Source: Thermoanaerobaculia bacterium
GTDB taxonomy: Bacteria; Acidobacteriota; Thermoanaerobaculia; UBA5066
DNA length: 64,000 nucleotides
Direction: 5' to 3'
NCBI GenBank assembly: GCA_963821225.1
Contig: CAWGCY010000007.1
Location: 158,429 to 222,428, forward strand
The notes beneath the pieces were generated by a model. That model saw nothing but the letters and a program-made list of their open reading frames with translations. It had not been told where the DNA came from and ran no database searches. Positions 1 through 10,782 of this stretch are shown piece by piece. The stretch's first letter is position 1. Each line of letters opens with the position of its first letter. A program made the translations under genes and the position numbers.

Positions 1-2
1 TC

Positions 3-290
3 TTCCGCGCGTACTGGTTCGCACGCGGCTTCGATTCGCCGCTCCCCAGCTTCGAGCAGGAGGTCGCGATCGCCGCGGCCGGGGCCGACGACGTCTCCTG
101 GGCGCGGCACGTCGAGGAGTTCGCCGCGGTCCGGACGGCGACGACGACGTTCTTTCGCAACCTTCCGGACGCGGCCTGGTCGCGGAAGGGCATCGCGAGC
201 GAAAACCCGTTCACCGTGCGGGCGCTCGCGTGGATCGCGGCGGGCCACGCCGCGCACCACATCGGCCTCGTGAAAGAGCGATACCTGTAG
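3..290 (+). CDS. DinB-family protein, C-terminal fragment (5' end lies outside the window)
   Basis: The frame is open from the window edge to TAG at 288-290. The tail ...FTVRALAWIAAGHAAHHIGLVKERYL resembles the His-containing last helix of DinB/YfiT-like four-helix-bundle proteins. Confidence 0.5.
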   Translation, partial: FRAYWFARGFDSPLPSFEQEVAIAAAGADDVSWARHVEEFAAVRTATTTFFRNLPDAAWSRKGIASENPFTVRALAWIAAGHAAHHIGLVKERYL

Positions 291-301
291 GAGTCCGTCC
301 G

Positions 302-1365
302 ATGTCGACGAAGACGGTTCTCGCCGTGACGAGTCCGCGCGCCGCGGGGTTCCGGCAACCTGCCGAATGGGACCCGCACGAGGCCGTCTGGCTCGCGTGG
401 CCGAGCCATCACGACCTCTGGGGCGACGCGCTGGGCAAGGTGCGTTCGGACTTCACGGCGTTCGCGTCGGCCATCGCGGACGTGGACCCGATGACCGGCC
501 GGCCGCGCGGCGAGAGGCTAGAGGTGCTCGTGCCGGGGGCGGCGAACGAAGCCCTTGCGAAGGCCGCCCTCGGGGGTCTCGGCGCGCGCTTCCACCGGAT
601 TCCGTTCGGCGACATCTGGCTGCGCGACACGGCGCCGGTCTTCCTCACGGGCGACGGCGGCGCGCGGGCAAGCGCCTCGTTCGCGTTCAACGGCTGGGGC
701 GGAAAGTACGTACTGCCTCACGACGACGGCGTGTCGTCGCGCATCGCGGAGTCGGCGGGATTTCCCGCCTTCCGCTTCCCGTGGGTGCTCGAGGGCGGAT
801 CCGTGGAGGTGGACGGCGAGGGGACGTGCCTGACGACACGCCAGTGTCTCCTGCATCCGAATCGCAACCCCGGAATGACGCGGGAAGCGATCGAGGCGCG
901 CCTGAGGGACGCTCTCGGCGTCACGACCGTCCTCTGGCTGGGCGAGGGGCTGCGCAACGACCACACGGACGGCCACGTGGACACGCTCGCGCGGTTCGTC
1001 GCACCGGGCCGCGTCGTCTGCATGAGAGAGGACGGGAACGCCGACCCGAACCGCGGGGCGCTCCGTCAGGTGGCGCGTGACCTCGCGTCCTTCCGGGACG
1101 GCATGGGGCGGCGGCTCGACGTCGTCGAGATCCCCTCGCCGGGCCTCGTTCTCGACCCGCAGAGTGAGGTCATGCCCGCCAGCTACGTGAACTTCTACAT
1201 CGCGAACACGACGGTGACCGTACCCGCCTACGGCGCCCCGAACGACGAGGCGGCCCGCGCCTCGGTCGCGAGGCTCTTCCCCACGCGCCGCGTCCTCTCC
1301 ATCCCGGCCCGGGACCTCCTCGAGGGCGGCGGAGCGTTCCACTGCATCACGCAGCAGGTTCCGGC

Positions 1366-1369
<4 letters not shown>
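302..1369 (+). CDS. aguA: Agmatine deiminase (peptidyl-arginine deiminase superfamily)
   Basis: ATG at 302 (M25 of ORF 230..1369). Family-typical motifs: FRQPAEWDPHEAVWLAWP, WLRDTAP, GGSVEVDGEGT, DGHVD, and C-terminal GGGAFHCITQQ carrying the catalytic Cys. Confidence 0.85.
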
Positions 1370-2232
<863 letters not shown>

Positions 2233-3306
2233 GGGCGCCGCTCAGTCGAGAGTCCGACGGCGTCGAGGAAGAGGTCGGAGACTCGCGCGACTTCATAGGC
2301 CGTGACTCGCTTGCGGCCGGCTTCGCCGAGCCGACGCCTCTCACCGGGGTCGGAGAGCACCCGATCGAGCGCGGCGGCGAGCTCGTCCGGCCGGTCGGGA
2401 TCGACGAGGATCCCGCTCTCGCCGTCGATGACGATTTCCGGCACGGCCGCCGCGCGCGCCGCGACGATCGGCAGCCCCGCGGCCATCGCCTCGAGGAACA
2501 CGATCCCGAAGCCCTCCTGCCGCGAGGGAAGGCAGAAGACGTCCGCCCGCCGGTACTCCCCGGCGAGACGGGCGAAGTCGACGTGGCCGAGGAACTCGAC
2601 GCGTTCGCCGAGTCCGAGCTCTCGCGAAAGGCGTTCGAGGCGGGCCAGGTCCGGTCCGGTTCCGACGACGCGGAGGACCGCGCGGTTTGAAAGCTGCGTC
2701 ATCGCGGCGAGCAAGGTCGCCACGTTCTTCCTCGGGTAAAGGTGCGCCACGCAGAGGATCGAGCTCCCGCCGCGCGGCAGCTCAGGCGCCTCTTCGAACG
2801 CGTGCCGCCAGCGCGCCAGGTCGATCGGCTCCGGGACGACCGCGATCCAATCCGCGTTAACGCCGTATTCCTCCGCGATGCGGCCGGCCGAGTACGTGCT
2901 GGACGTGAGGATCCGATCGACCTTCCGGACGTGGCGCCTTTCGAGGAGCGACTCGACCGTGAGTCTCACGTGCGGCAGGCCGCGCTCGAATCCGGCCTCG
3001 TCGGCCAGGACTCCCTTGATGGCGGCGACCCGGCGGATGCCGCCGGGCTCGATCAGGAAGCCGTCCAGGTCGAATCCCACGATGAGGTCCGGTCGGGGAA
3101 GCCGCTCGCGGGCCACCCTTTGCGCGCGCACGTTGAAGCGGAGGCGGCGGAAAAGCGACACCGGCCCGCGGTACGGCGCCGGAGCGAGCACCTCGACGCT
3201 GTGCCCTCTCGCCTCGAGCGCCTCGCTCAGGACCGAGATCCCGATGTGCGTACCGCTGCCCTCGGGCACGTCGGGTGCCGTGCCGGTCACGAACAGCAAC
3301 CGTGGC

Positions 3307-4167
3307 ATGCAAGTGGAATATACAGGCGACGTGACGCGCGACGACCGGACTTCGAAGGTCCGAAAATACTACGAGACGATTCTCCCCTTCTACGAAAAGG
3401 AGAGCGCGTCGATCTCCCGGAGCCACTCGGACTTCTGGCGAGGCCTGGCGCGCGACTGGCGTCCCGGCCGGATCCTGGACCTGGGCGCCGGTCTCGGCCG
3501 AATCACCTGCGCCCTCGCACGCCACGCGCCGACGATCGGGACCGACATCTCCCTGAAGATGCTCCAGAGCGCCGTCCTCCACCGCCCGCCACGATCGCGG
3601 GCTCGCTTCGTAGCCGCCGACCTGCGCCGTGCCGCCCTTGCCGCTCCGTTCGATTTGATCGTCGCGTCCAGCGATCCCTTCTGCCATCTGACGTCGGCGA
3701 CCGACCGCCGCCGGGCTTTACGCGCCGTGGCGATCCAGCTGTCCGAGCGCGGGCACTTCGTGCTCGAGGGTCTTTATCGGCGTCGCGAGATATACGAGCC
3801 TCCGCCGCGCCGGATCCGACATGCGGGCGGAATTCTCTCGATCACCGAGAGATGGCGGCCTGTCGGCTCGCGGCAGCTTTGGCACGCCCGCTACCGCGAC
3901 CGCGATCGTCGCTCCACGGGCGAGGAAAGCGAAGTCGAAGCGTCATTCGTCGCGCGAGCCTGGGATCCGGCAGACGTCCGGGATTTCTTCGCCTCCTGCG
4001 GGCTCTCGGTCGAAAAGCTCTGGGGAGACTTCGATCGGCGTCCTTTCCGGATCGGCGCAAGGCGGCTCATCGCCGTCGCCGTCGCGGCCGACACTCCCCG
4101 GCGGGAGGCGCGTAAGACGCGTAAACCGTTCCCGGTAGCGGCGCTTCGACGCAAGCGCCGCGCCTGA
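3307..4167 (+). CDS. Class I SAM-dependent methyltransferase
   Basis: ATG at 3307 (MQVEYTG...). Motif I is ILDLGAGLGRIT, followed by FDLIVAS. The start codon overlaps the divergent GT start in a CATG palindrome. An alternative GTG lies at about 3328. Confidence 0.7.
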   Translation: MQVEYTGDVTRDDRTSKVRKYYETILPFYEKESASISRSHSDFWRGLARDWRPGRILDLGAGLGRITCALARHAPTIGTDISLKMLQSAVLHRPPRSRARFVAADLRRAALAAPFDLIVASSDPFCHLTSATDRRRALRAVAIQLSERGHFVLEGLYRRREIYEPPPRRIRHAGGILSITERWRPVGSRQLWHARYRDRDRRSTGEESEVEASFVARAWDPADVRDFFASCGLSVEKLWGDFDRRPFRIGARRLIAVAVAADTPRREARKTRKPFPVAALRRKRRA

Positions 4168-4238
4168 GTCGCATCCTTGACAGGACCGTCGAAACGCGAT
4201 CTGCTCTCGGTCCAGCAGCCACACACGAGGAGGACGGG

Positions 4239-7200
4239 ATGGGTTTCACCCGACGTACTTTCCTTAAGGCAGGAACCGTGGGCGGCGGTCTTGCCCTCGG
4301 CTTCGATCTCCACGAGGCGCGTGCGGAGATGCGCGAGTTCAAGATCTCGCGCACGACGGAAACGCGCAGCACGTGTCCGTATTGCGCGGTCTCCTGCGGC
4401 GTCATCATCCACACCCTCGGCGACAAGGCCAAGAACGCGACGGCCTCGGTCGTCCACATCGAGGGCGATCCCGACCATCCGATCAACCGCGGGACGCTCT
4501 GCCCGAAGGGGATCACCCTGAAGGAAGACATCACCCACAAGCAGCGGATCACGAGCCCGAAGGTGCGAAGGCCCGGCTCCGACAAGTGGGAGGACATCTC
4601 CTGGGACGACGCGATCGCGGGGATCGCGAAGCACGTCAAGGAGACCCGGGACCGGTGCTTCGTCGCGAAGAACGCGAAGGGGCAGACGGTCAACCGAAAC
4701 CCGGGCATCGTCATGATCGGCGGCTGCACGGACACGAACGAGTTCAACTTCCTGCAGTGGAAGGCCAGCGCGTCTTGGGGGGTTCTCTACCGGGATACCC
4801 AGGCACGGGTATGACACGGCCCGACGGTGGCCAGTTTGGCCGCCACGTTCGGGCGCGGGGCGATGACGAACGGCTGGGTCGACATCAAGAACGCCGACGT
4901 CATTCTCTGCATGGGCGGAAACCCCGCCGAGAACCATCCCTGCGGCTTCAAGTGGGCGATCGAGGCCCGTAGGACGCGTAACGCGAAGATCGTCGCGGTG
5001 GATCCGCGGTTTCACCGGACCGCGGCGGTCGCCGATCTCTACTCCCCCGTCCGCGCCGGCACGGACATCGCCTACCTCAGCGGCATCATCCGTTACGCGC
5101 TCGAGAAGAACCGCTTCCACGAGGACTACGTCAAGCTTCACACGAACGCGCCGTACGTCATCTCAGAGAAGTACTCCTTCAACGACGGGCTCTTCTCGGG
5201 CTTCGACGCCGCAAAGGGCGACTACGACAAGAGCGCCTGGGCCTACGAAGCCGACCCGAAGACGAAGACCTACGTCGTCGACGAGACGCTCCAGAACCCC
5301 CGCTGCGTTTTCCAGCTCCTGAAGAAGCACGTGGACCGCTACACGCCCGAGATGGTCGAGAGGATCTGCGGCTGCCCGAAGGAGACGTTCCTGAAGGTCG
5401 CCGAGATGGTCACCTCGACCGGCAACGCGGCGAAGGTCGGCACGATCATGTACGCCCTCGGCTGGACGCAGCATTCGATCGGCGTCCAGATCATCCGCAC
5501 GGCGGCCATGCTCCAGCTCCTCCTCGGAAACGTCGGGCGGCCCGGCGGCGGCGTGAACGCCCTGCGCGGCCACTCGAACATCCAGGGCGCGACCGACATG
5601 GGCGGGAACACGGAGATCCTGCCCGGCTACCTCAAGACGCCCGTCGCGACCATGACGAACCTGAAGGAATACCTGGAGCAGTCGACGCCCACGACCCTCA
5701 ACAAGCAGGCGTGGGCCTCGATGAACTACTGGCAGAACTACCCGAAGTTCATGGTCTCCCTCCTGAAGTCGCTCTGGGGCGCGAAGGCGACGAAGGAAAA
5801 CGACTTCGGGTACGAGTGGATGCCGAAGCTGGACGGCAACTACTCGTGGGCCTACGCCTTCGACGACATGTACCGCGGCAGCTCGATGCGCGCCGGCGGC
5901 AAGGAGCCGGGCCCCGAGGGCCTCATCACGTTCGGCATGAACCCGGTCGGGACCGGCCCGAACTCGCCGAAGATGGTCGCGGCGCTCGCGAAGCTGAAGT
6001 GGCTCGTCGTCGTGGAGAACGTCGAGACCGAGACCGCGCAGTTCTGGCGAGCCCCGAAGGACTACGGAACGCCGGAGGCGTCGAAGATCGCGACCGAGGT
6101 CTACCTCCTGCCCGCGGCTCTGTTCGCCGAGAAGGACGGGACGTTCACGAACTCCGCCCGCTGGATGCAGTGGAAGTGGAAGGCGATCGACCCGCCCGGC
6201 CAGGCCAGGGCGGACCAGGAGATCCTCGCGCGAGTCGTCCTCGAGGTGCAGAAGCTGTACCGGAAGGACGGAGGAGCCCTGCCCGACCCGGTCCTGAACG
6301 TCTCCTGGTCCTACACGAACCCGGTCAACCCCGACCTCGGCGAGGTCCTGAAGGAGATCAACGGCAAGGCCCTCGCCGACATCCCCGACCCGAAGGACAA
6401 GACGAAGGTCCTCAAGGCCGCGGGACAGCAAGTGGACGGCTTCGCCCAGCTCCAGGACGACGGCTCGACGATGTGCGGGAACTGGCTCCACTCGGGCGTC
6501 TGCACGGAAGCCGGAAACATGGCGCAGCGCCGGAACAACGCGGACCCGCTCGGTCTCGGCATGTTCCACCAGTGGGGGTTCTCGTGGCCCGCGAACCGCC
6601 GCATCATGTACAACCGCGCCTCCGCCGACAAGGACGGGAAGCCCTGGGATCCCGCCCGCTCCGGCATCAAGTGGAACGGCGAGAAGTGGATCGGCGACGT
6701 GCCCGACATGAAGCCCGACGCGCCTCCCGGCACGTTCGGCGCCTTCATCATGCTTCCCGAGGGCGTCGGCCGGCTCTATGCGCCCGTCCTCAACGACGGT
6801 CCGTTCCCCGAGCATTACGAGCCGATCGAGGCCCCGATCGACAACGTCCTCCATCCGAAGGTCACCTCGAACCCCGCGAGCAAGAAGTTCTCGTCGGACA
6901 AGGACCAGTACGCGAAAAAGGAGGAGTACCCGGTCGTCTGCACGACGTTCCGCCTCACGGAGCACTTCCACTACTGGACGCAGCACAACTCCCGACTTAA
7001 CGAGCTGCAGCCCGACCTCTTCTTCGAGGTCCCCGAGGACTTCGCGAAGGAGAAGGGGATCGCGAACAACTCGATGATCACGGTCTCGAATCCCCGCGGC
7101 AAGATCACCGCCAAGGCCGTCGTGACGAAACGGCTCCGGCCGCTCAAGGTGGACGGCAAGCCGATGTGGCAGATCGGCCTGCCGATCCACTGGGGCTTCG

Positions 7201-7316
7201 CGGGCAACCCGGGGCATACGGGACTGCTCGCGAACCTCCTGACGCCGTCGGCCATCGACCCGAACACGTGGACGCCCGAGTACAAGGCCTTCCTCGTGAA
7301 GGTCGAGAAGGCGTGA
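4239..7316 (+). CDS. fdnG: Formate dehydrogenase-N type catalytic alpha subunit, molybdopterin, selenocysteine-containing (TGA at 4812-4814 read as Sec)
   Basis: ORFs 4239..4814 and 4827..7316 are in one frame, joined by TGA. The context ...DTQARV-U-HGPTVASLAATFGRGAMTNGW matches the conserved Sec region of FdnG/FdoG. The twin-arginine signal is MGFTRRTFLKAG, the N-terminal FeS Cys cluster is CPYCAVSCG, and a GAGGAGG Shine-Dalgarno lies upstream. Confidence 0.9.
4819..4854 (+). promoter_or_regulatory. Putative SECIS stem-loop directing Sec insertion at TGA 4812
   Basis: The outer stem pairs GCCCGA (4819-4824) with TCGGGC (4849-4854). The inner stem pairs GGTGGCCA with TGGCCGCC (one G:U) around a small GTT-centred loop. 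The element starts 5 nt after the TGA. Confidence 0.5.
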
Positions 7317-7326
7317 GGAGGCGGCC

Positions 7327-8223
7327 ATGAGCGTTCAGACCCTCGAGATCTCCCGCTCGTCCGCCTCCGGAATCCTTTCGTCCGGGAACGTGACCGGCAT
7401 CCGTTCCCTTCCGACCGTGTCGAAGCTGATCGACACGTCCACCTGCATCGGGTGCAAGGCTTGCGAGGTCGCCTGTCAGGAGTGGAACGACCTCAGATCC
7501 GTCGCGACGCACAACGACGGCGATTACCAGACCCTCAAGACGCTGGATGCCCAGTTCTGGAACCTGATCCGCTTCGACGAGAGCGAGGTCGAGGGCGGCA
7601 TCAAGTGGCTCATGCGCAAGGACCAGTGCATGCATTGCGCCGAGCCGGGCTGCCTCGAGGCCTGCCCCGCGCCGGGCGCGATCGTCCAGTACGCGAACGG
7701 CATCGTGGACGTGAACCCGGAGCAGTGCATCGGCTGCGGCTACTGCGCGACGGGCTGCCCGTTCGACGTGCCGAAGTTCCATTCCTCCACGAAGAGGATG
7801 GCCAAGTGCACGCTCTGCGTGGACCGCGTCTCGGTGGGGCTCGAGCCCGCGTGCATCAAGGCCTGTCCGACGGGGTGCCTCCACTTCGGAACGAAAGACG
7901 ACATGATCGCGCTGGGCACCAGCCGCGTGAATCAGCTCAAGGCGAACGGCTTCCCCGCCGCTGCTCTCTACGACCCCAAGGGCGTGGGCGGCACCGGCGT
8001 CATCACCGTCCTCGCACACGGCGACCATCCCGAGTGGTACAGCGGCCTCCCGCGTGATCCGCACGTGCCGCTGGGCGTGAAGTTCTGGAAGAACATCGTC
8101 CGTCCGCTCGGACTCATCGCCATCGTCGGGGCCGTCATCGGGGCCTTCGGGCACTACTTCAACTTCGGCAAGAAGGAAGTGCAGGGCGCGGCGGACGCCG
8201 AGTCCAACCTTCCGCGGGCGTGA
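7327..8223 (+). CDS. fdnH: Formate dehydrogenase beta subunit (4x[4Fe-4S], C-terminal TM anchor)
   Basis: Ferredoxin-type clusters CIGCKACEVACQ, CMHCAEPGCLEACP, CIGCGYCATGCP and CTLCVDR...CIKACP. A hydrophobic tail IVRPLGLIAIVGAVIGAF follows. Confidence 0.9.
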   Translation: MSVQTLEISRSSASGILSSGNVTGIRSLPTVSKLIDTSTCIGCKACEVACQEWNDLRSVATHNDGDYQTLKTLDAQFWNLIRFDESEVEGGIKWLMRKDQCMHCAEPGCLEACPAPGAIVQYANGIVDVNPEQCIGCGYCATGCPFDVPKFHSSTKRMAKCTLCVDRVSVGLEPACIKACPTGCLHFGTKDDMIALGTSRVNQLKANGFPAAALYDPKGVGGTGVITVLAHGDHPEWYSGLPRDPHVPLGVKFWKNIVRPLGLIAIVGAVIGAFGHYFNFGKKEVQGAADAESNLPRA

Positions 8224-8250
8224 GCCGGTAGAGAGAGAAGAGGAGGCAAC

Positions 8251-8940
8251 ATGAGCTCTGTCCCGATCCGCGACCGGGCGATGGACGAAGCAGTCATCGT
8301 GGGCCGTGACCGCGAAAACGTCGTCGTCGGAAACGAGATCATCCGCCACCGTCTCGCCTCCCGCCTGATCCACTGGTCGGTCGCCGTCACGTTCTTCGCG
8401 TCCCTCCTCTCGGGCCTGCCGATCTGGACGCCCGTCTTCGGCTGGATGGCGACGCTTTTCGGCGGCCTCCAGACCTGCCGCTGGCTGCATGCCTGGGCGG
8501 GAATCGCTTTTTCGCTCGCCGCGCTCGTGATGCTGGTCCACTGGTTCACCGAAATGGAGCTCAGGCCCGACGAGAGGAACTGGATCGGTCCCAAGCTCTT
8601 CACGTACATGCGCTATCAGACCGACGACTCCGAGGTCGGCAAGTACAACGGCGGCCAGAAGATTTTCTTTTTCACGTCGGCGCTCGGCGCGCTCGGACTT
8701 CTCGTTTCGGGCGTCGTCCTCTGGTTCCCGCTGAACTTCCCGCTGCTCGTCCGCGAGCTCGCAGTCCTTCTCCACGACGTCACGTTCGTCCTCTTCGCCG
8801 TCTCGATCGTCTTCCACATCTACCTCGCCACGGCGGCCGAGCCCGGCACGTTCGGCGCGATGACCCGGGGCACGGTGACCAAGGCCTGGGCGCGGCTGCA
8901 CCACCCGAAGTGGTTCAAGGAAGTGACGGGCGAGAAGTAG
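8251..8940 (+). CDS. fdnI: Formate dehydrogenase gamma subunit (cytochrome b556, 4 TM)
   Basis: Position after fdnH. Four hydrophobic helices carry conserved His residues (RLIHWSVA, LHAWAG, LLHDVTF, VFHIYL). Confidence 0.85.
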   Translation: MSSVPIRDRAMDEAVIVGRDRENVVVGNEIIRHRLASRLIHWSVAVTFFASLLSGLPIWTPVFGWMATLFGGLQTCRWLHAWAGIAFSLAALVMLVHWFTEMELRPDERNWIGPKLFTYMRYQTDDSEVGKYNGGQKIFFFTSALGALGLLVSGVVLWFPLNFPLLVRELAVLLHDVTFVLFAVSIVFHIYLATAAEPGTFGAMTRGTVTKAWARLHHPKWFKEVTGEK

Positions 8941-8953
8941 CCTCGGGTAATCG

Positions 8954-9742
8954 TTGACCCTCTCCGAGCTATTCGAAAAGCGGGCTGCGCGCGCCGAGGC
9001 CCTTTCCGCTTCGGCTCCTGCCGTCCAGGAGCCGTTGCTCTTCGCGGCGAAGCTCTTCCGTCTGCAGGGGCGTCTCGCCGCGGCCATCTCGGCGCGGCAT
9101 GCCGACGCGCCGTTCTCGGGGGGGGTGGCCGACCTGCCGCGCCTCCTCGACCTCCTGCCCCCGCTGCTTTCGTTCGCGGCCGCCGACGGGCCGGCGGAGC
9201 TGGCGGAGGCCGCGGAAGCTCGTGCGAAAGACGACCCGGCGACCGCCGCCGCCCGGCTTCGCGTCTACTGGGAGGGCGGACGCGATGCCCTGGAGGACTA
9301 TCTGTCGCGGGCGTTTCTGCGTCCGTTCGCCGAGGCACTCGCGCGCGCCGGGATCGCGGCCGACCGGCCCCGGCACGAAGGGCACTGCCCGGCCTGCGGC
9401 TCGGCCCCGATCGTCTCCTTCCGAAAGGAGCTGCCCGAATCGAACGGCGCTGCGCGTTTTCTCGCCTGCGGACTTTGCGGGACGGAGTGGGCCTTCAACC
9501 GAATCCGCTGCCCGTCCTGCCAGGAGGAAAATCCCGCGAAGCTGCCGGGATTCCAGAGCGACGTCCACAAGAACGTCCGCATCGAGGCCTGCGAGACGTG
9601 CCGCCGCTACGTCAAGTCGATCGACCTCACGCTCGACGCGCGGCCGCTGCCCGAGGTGGACGACCTCGTCTCGCTCGCGATGGACCTATGGGCGATCGAG
9701 GAAGGCTGGACGCGTCTCGAGCCCGGCTGGGCCGGGATCTAA
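8954..9742 (+). CDS. fdhE: FdhE formate dehydrogenase maturation protein
   Basis: TTG start. Four CxxC pairs are present (CPACGS, CGLCGTEW, CPSCQ, CETCRRYVK), the FdhE rubredoxin-like arrangement. Confidence 0.85.
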   Translation: MTLSELFEKRAARAEALSASAPAVQEPLLFAAKLFRLQGRLAAAISARHADAPFSGGVADLPRLLDLLPPLLSFAAADGPAELAEAAEARAKDDPATAAARLRVYWEGGRDALEDYLSRAFLRPFAEALARAGIAADRPRHEGHCPACGSAPIVSFRKELPESNGAARFLACGLCGTEWAFNRIRCPSCQEENPAKLPGFQSDVHKNVRIEACETCRRYVKSIDLTLDARPLPEVDDLVSLAMDLWAIEEGWTRLEPGWAGI

Positions 9743-10017
9743 CCGAGCTGCATGAGCTCCGGCTCTGGCGCGGAATCCGAGCGCGCGAGCGCGTCCCAGG
9801 CGGCGCTCAGGTCCTCCGCGCCCCAACCGAGGAACAGGCCGTCGCCGCGGAAATGAATCGCACCGTCCGACGCCTCGAGGCGGACGATCGTGCCCGTGCC
9901 TTCCTCCGCCGTCACCGCGATGCGCCAGGCCGAGCGCGTCAGCGGCGCACCGCGCTCCCTTACGGGCAAGCGCTCGAGGAGGGCCGAGGGATTCGTGAGC
10001 GCCGGCCCGGCGGTCAT
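9739..10017 (-). CDS. Hypothetical 92-aa protein, last gene of the partner-switching operon
   Basis: The ATG at 10017 overlaps the pcm stop (ATGA). The translation MTAGPALTNPSALLERLPV... is non-repetitive. I recognise no family. Confidence 0.4.
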   Translation of the reverse strand: MTAGPALTNPSALLERLPVRERGAPLTRSAWRIAVTAEEGTGTIVRLEASDGAIHFRGDGLFLGWGAEDLSAAWDALARSDSAPEPELMQLG

Positions 10018-10781
10018 CGCGAGGTCCCCGGGTCGCGGGCCGGGGGCGGGGAGCCCTCGGCCTCGCCCACGAACGGCACGAAGCGCACGGGCAGAACGCT
10101 CTTCTCCGAGTAGCCCCCGCCCTGTCGCTTGATGACCTTCAGCTCCTGGTAGAACGCGCCGACCGGGATGATCATCCGCCCTTCCGGGGCGAGCTGTTCG
10201 AGGAGAGGGGGCGGGACCCGCTCCGGGGCGGCCGTGACGAGAATCGCGTCGAACGGGGCTTCCTCGGGCCACCCGCGGTAGCCGTCGGCGGCTCTCAGCT
10301 CGACGTTCTTCACGCCCAGCTTCTCGAGGTGCTCCCTCGCCTGGCGCGACAGCTCGGGGCGGATCTCGATCGAGAAGACTTTCGAGGCCAGGGCAGCGAG
10401 GATGGCCGTCGAATAGCCCGAGCCGGTCCCGATCTCGAGGACTTTCTCCTTCCCGGTCAGGCGAAGCTGCTCGGCCATGAAAGCCACGACGTAGGGCTGC
10501 GAGATCGTCTGGCCGCTTCCGATGGGAAGGGGCCGGTCGTCGTACGCGGACGCTTCCTCCGCGGGCGGGACGAAGAGGTGGCGGGGCACGGTGCGCATCG
10601 CTTCGAGGACGCGGGGATCCCGGATTCCGCGCGCCGCGATCTGGCGCTCGACCATGTCGCTCCGCTTCTTCTGCATGGGATCGGCCGGACCTTGGCAGCC
10701 TCCCGTGTACAGGACGCCCATTGCCGCGAGCGCCGCAGCCGCCGCCGCCCCCCGTGGATGGCGCTCCTGCACGCGCCTCAT
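10014..10781 (-). CDS. pcm: Protein-L-isoaspartate O-methyltransferase with N-terminal signal/lipoprotein-like peptide
   Basis: Motifs GQTISQPYVVA, VLEIGTGSGYSTAILA and FDAILVTAA. The ATG lies 1 nt after the upstream stop. The N-terminus is MRRVQERHPRGAAAAAALAAMGVLYTGGC. Confidence 0.85.
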   Translation of the reverse strand: MRRVQERHPRGAAAAAALAAMGVLYTGGCQGPADPMQKKRSDMVERQIAARGIRDPRVLEAMRTVPRHLFVPPAEEASAYDDRPLPIGSGQTISQPYVVAFMAEQLRLTGKEKVLEIGTGSGYSTAILAALASKVFSIEIRPELSRQAREHLEKLGVKNVELRAADGYRGWPEEAPFDAILVTAAPERVPPPLLEQLAPEGRMIIPVGAFYQELKVIKRQGGGYSEKSVLPVRFVPFVGEAEGSPPPARDPGTSR

Positions 10782-10782
10782 T

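Noticed and set aside
4177-4205. TTGACA hexamer upstream of fdnG as a sigma-70 promoter.
   Set aside because: No acceptable -10 hexamer lies 16-18 nt downstream (TCTGCT or ATCTGC), so it is not reported as a feature.
4812-4826. Apparent split of fdnG into a 191-aa and an 829-aa ORF (possible pseudogene or frameshift).
   Set aside because: Both parts are in one frame, separated only by TGA at the exact conserved selenocysteine position, with a hairpin downstream. I interpret it as Sec recoding.
5163-7328. Very long antisense or off-frame ORFs overlapping well-supported genes. Examples: 5163..7328(-), 7144..9087(-), 15341..17155(-), 22777..25212(+), 35646..37475(-), 38903..40177(-), 49993..52542(+), 50006..52309(-), 53101..55116(+), 57364..59157(+).
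   Set aside because: Their translations are Arg/Pro/Gly/Ala/Asp-rich low-complexity strings typical of shadow frames in high-GC DNA. Each overlaps a gene with clear family motifs in another frame, and none has a recognisable motif of its own.
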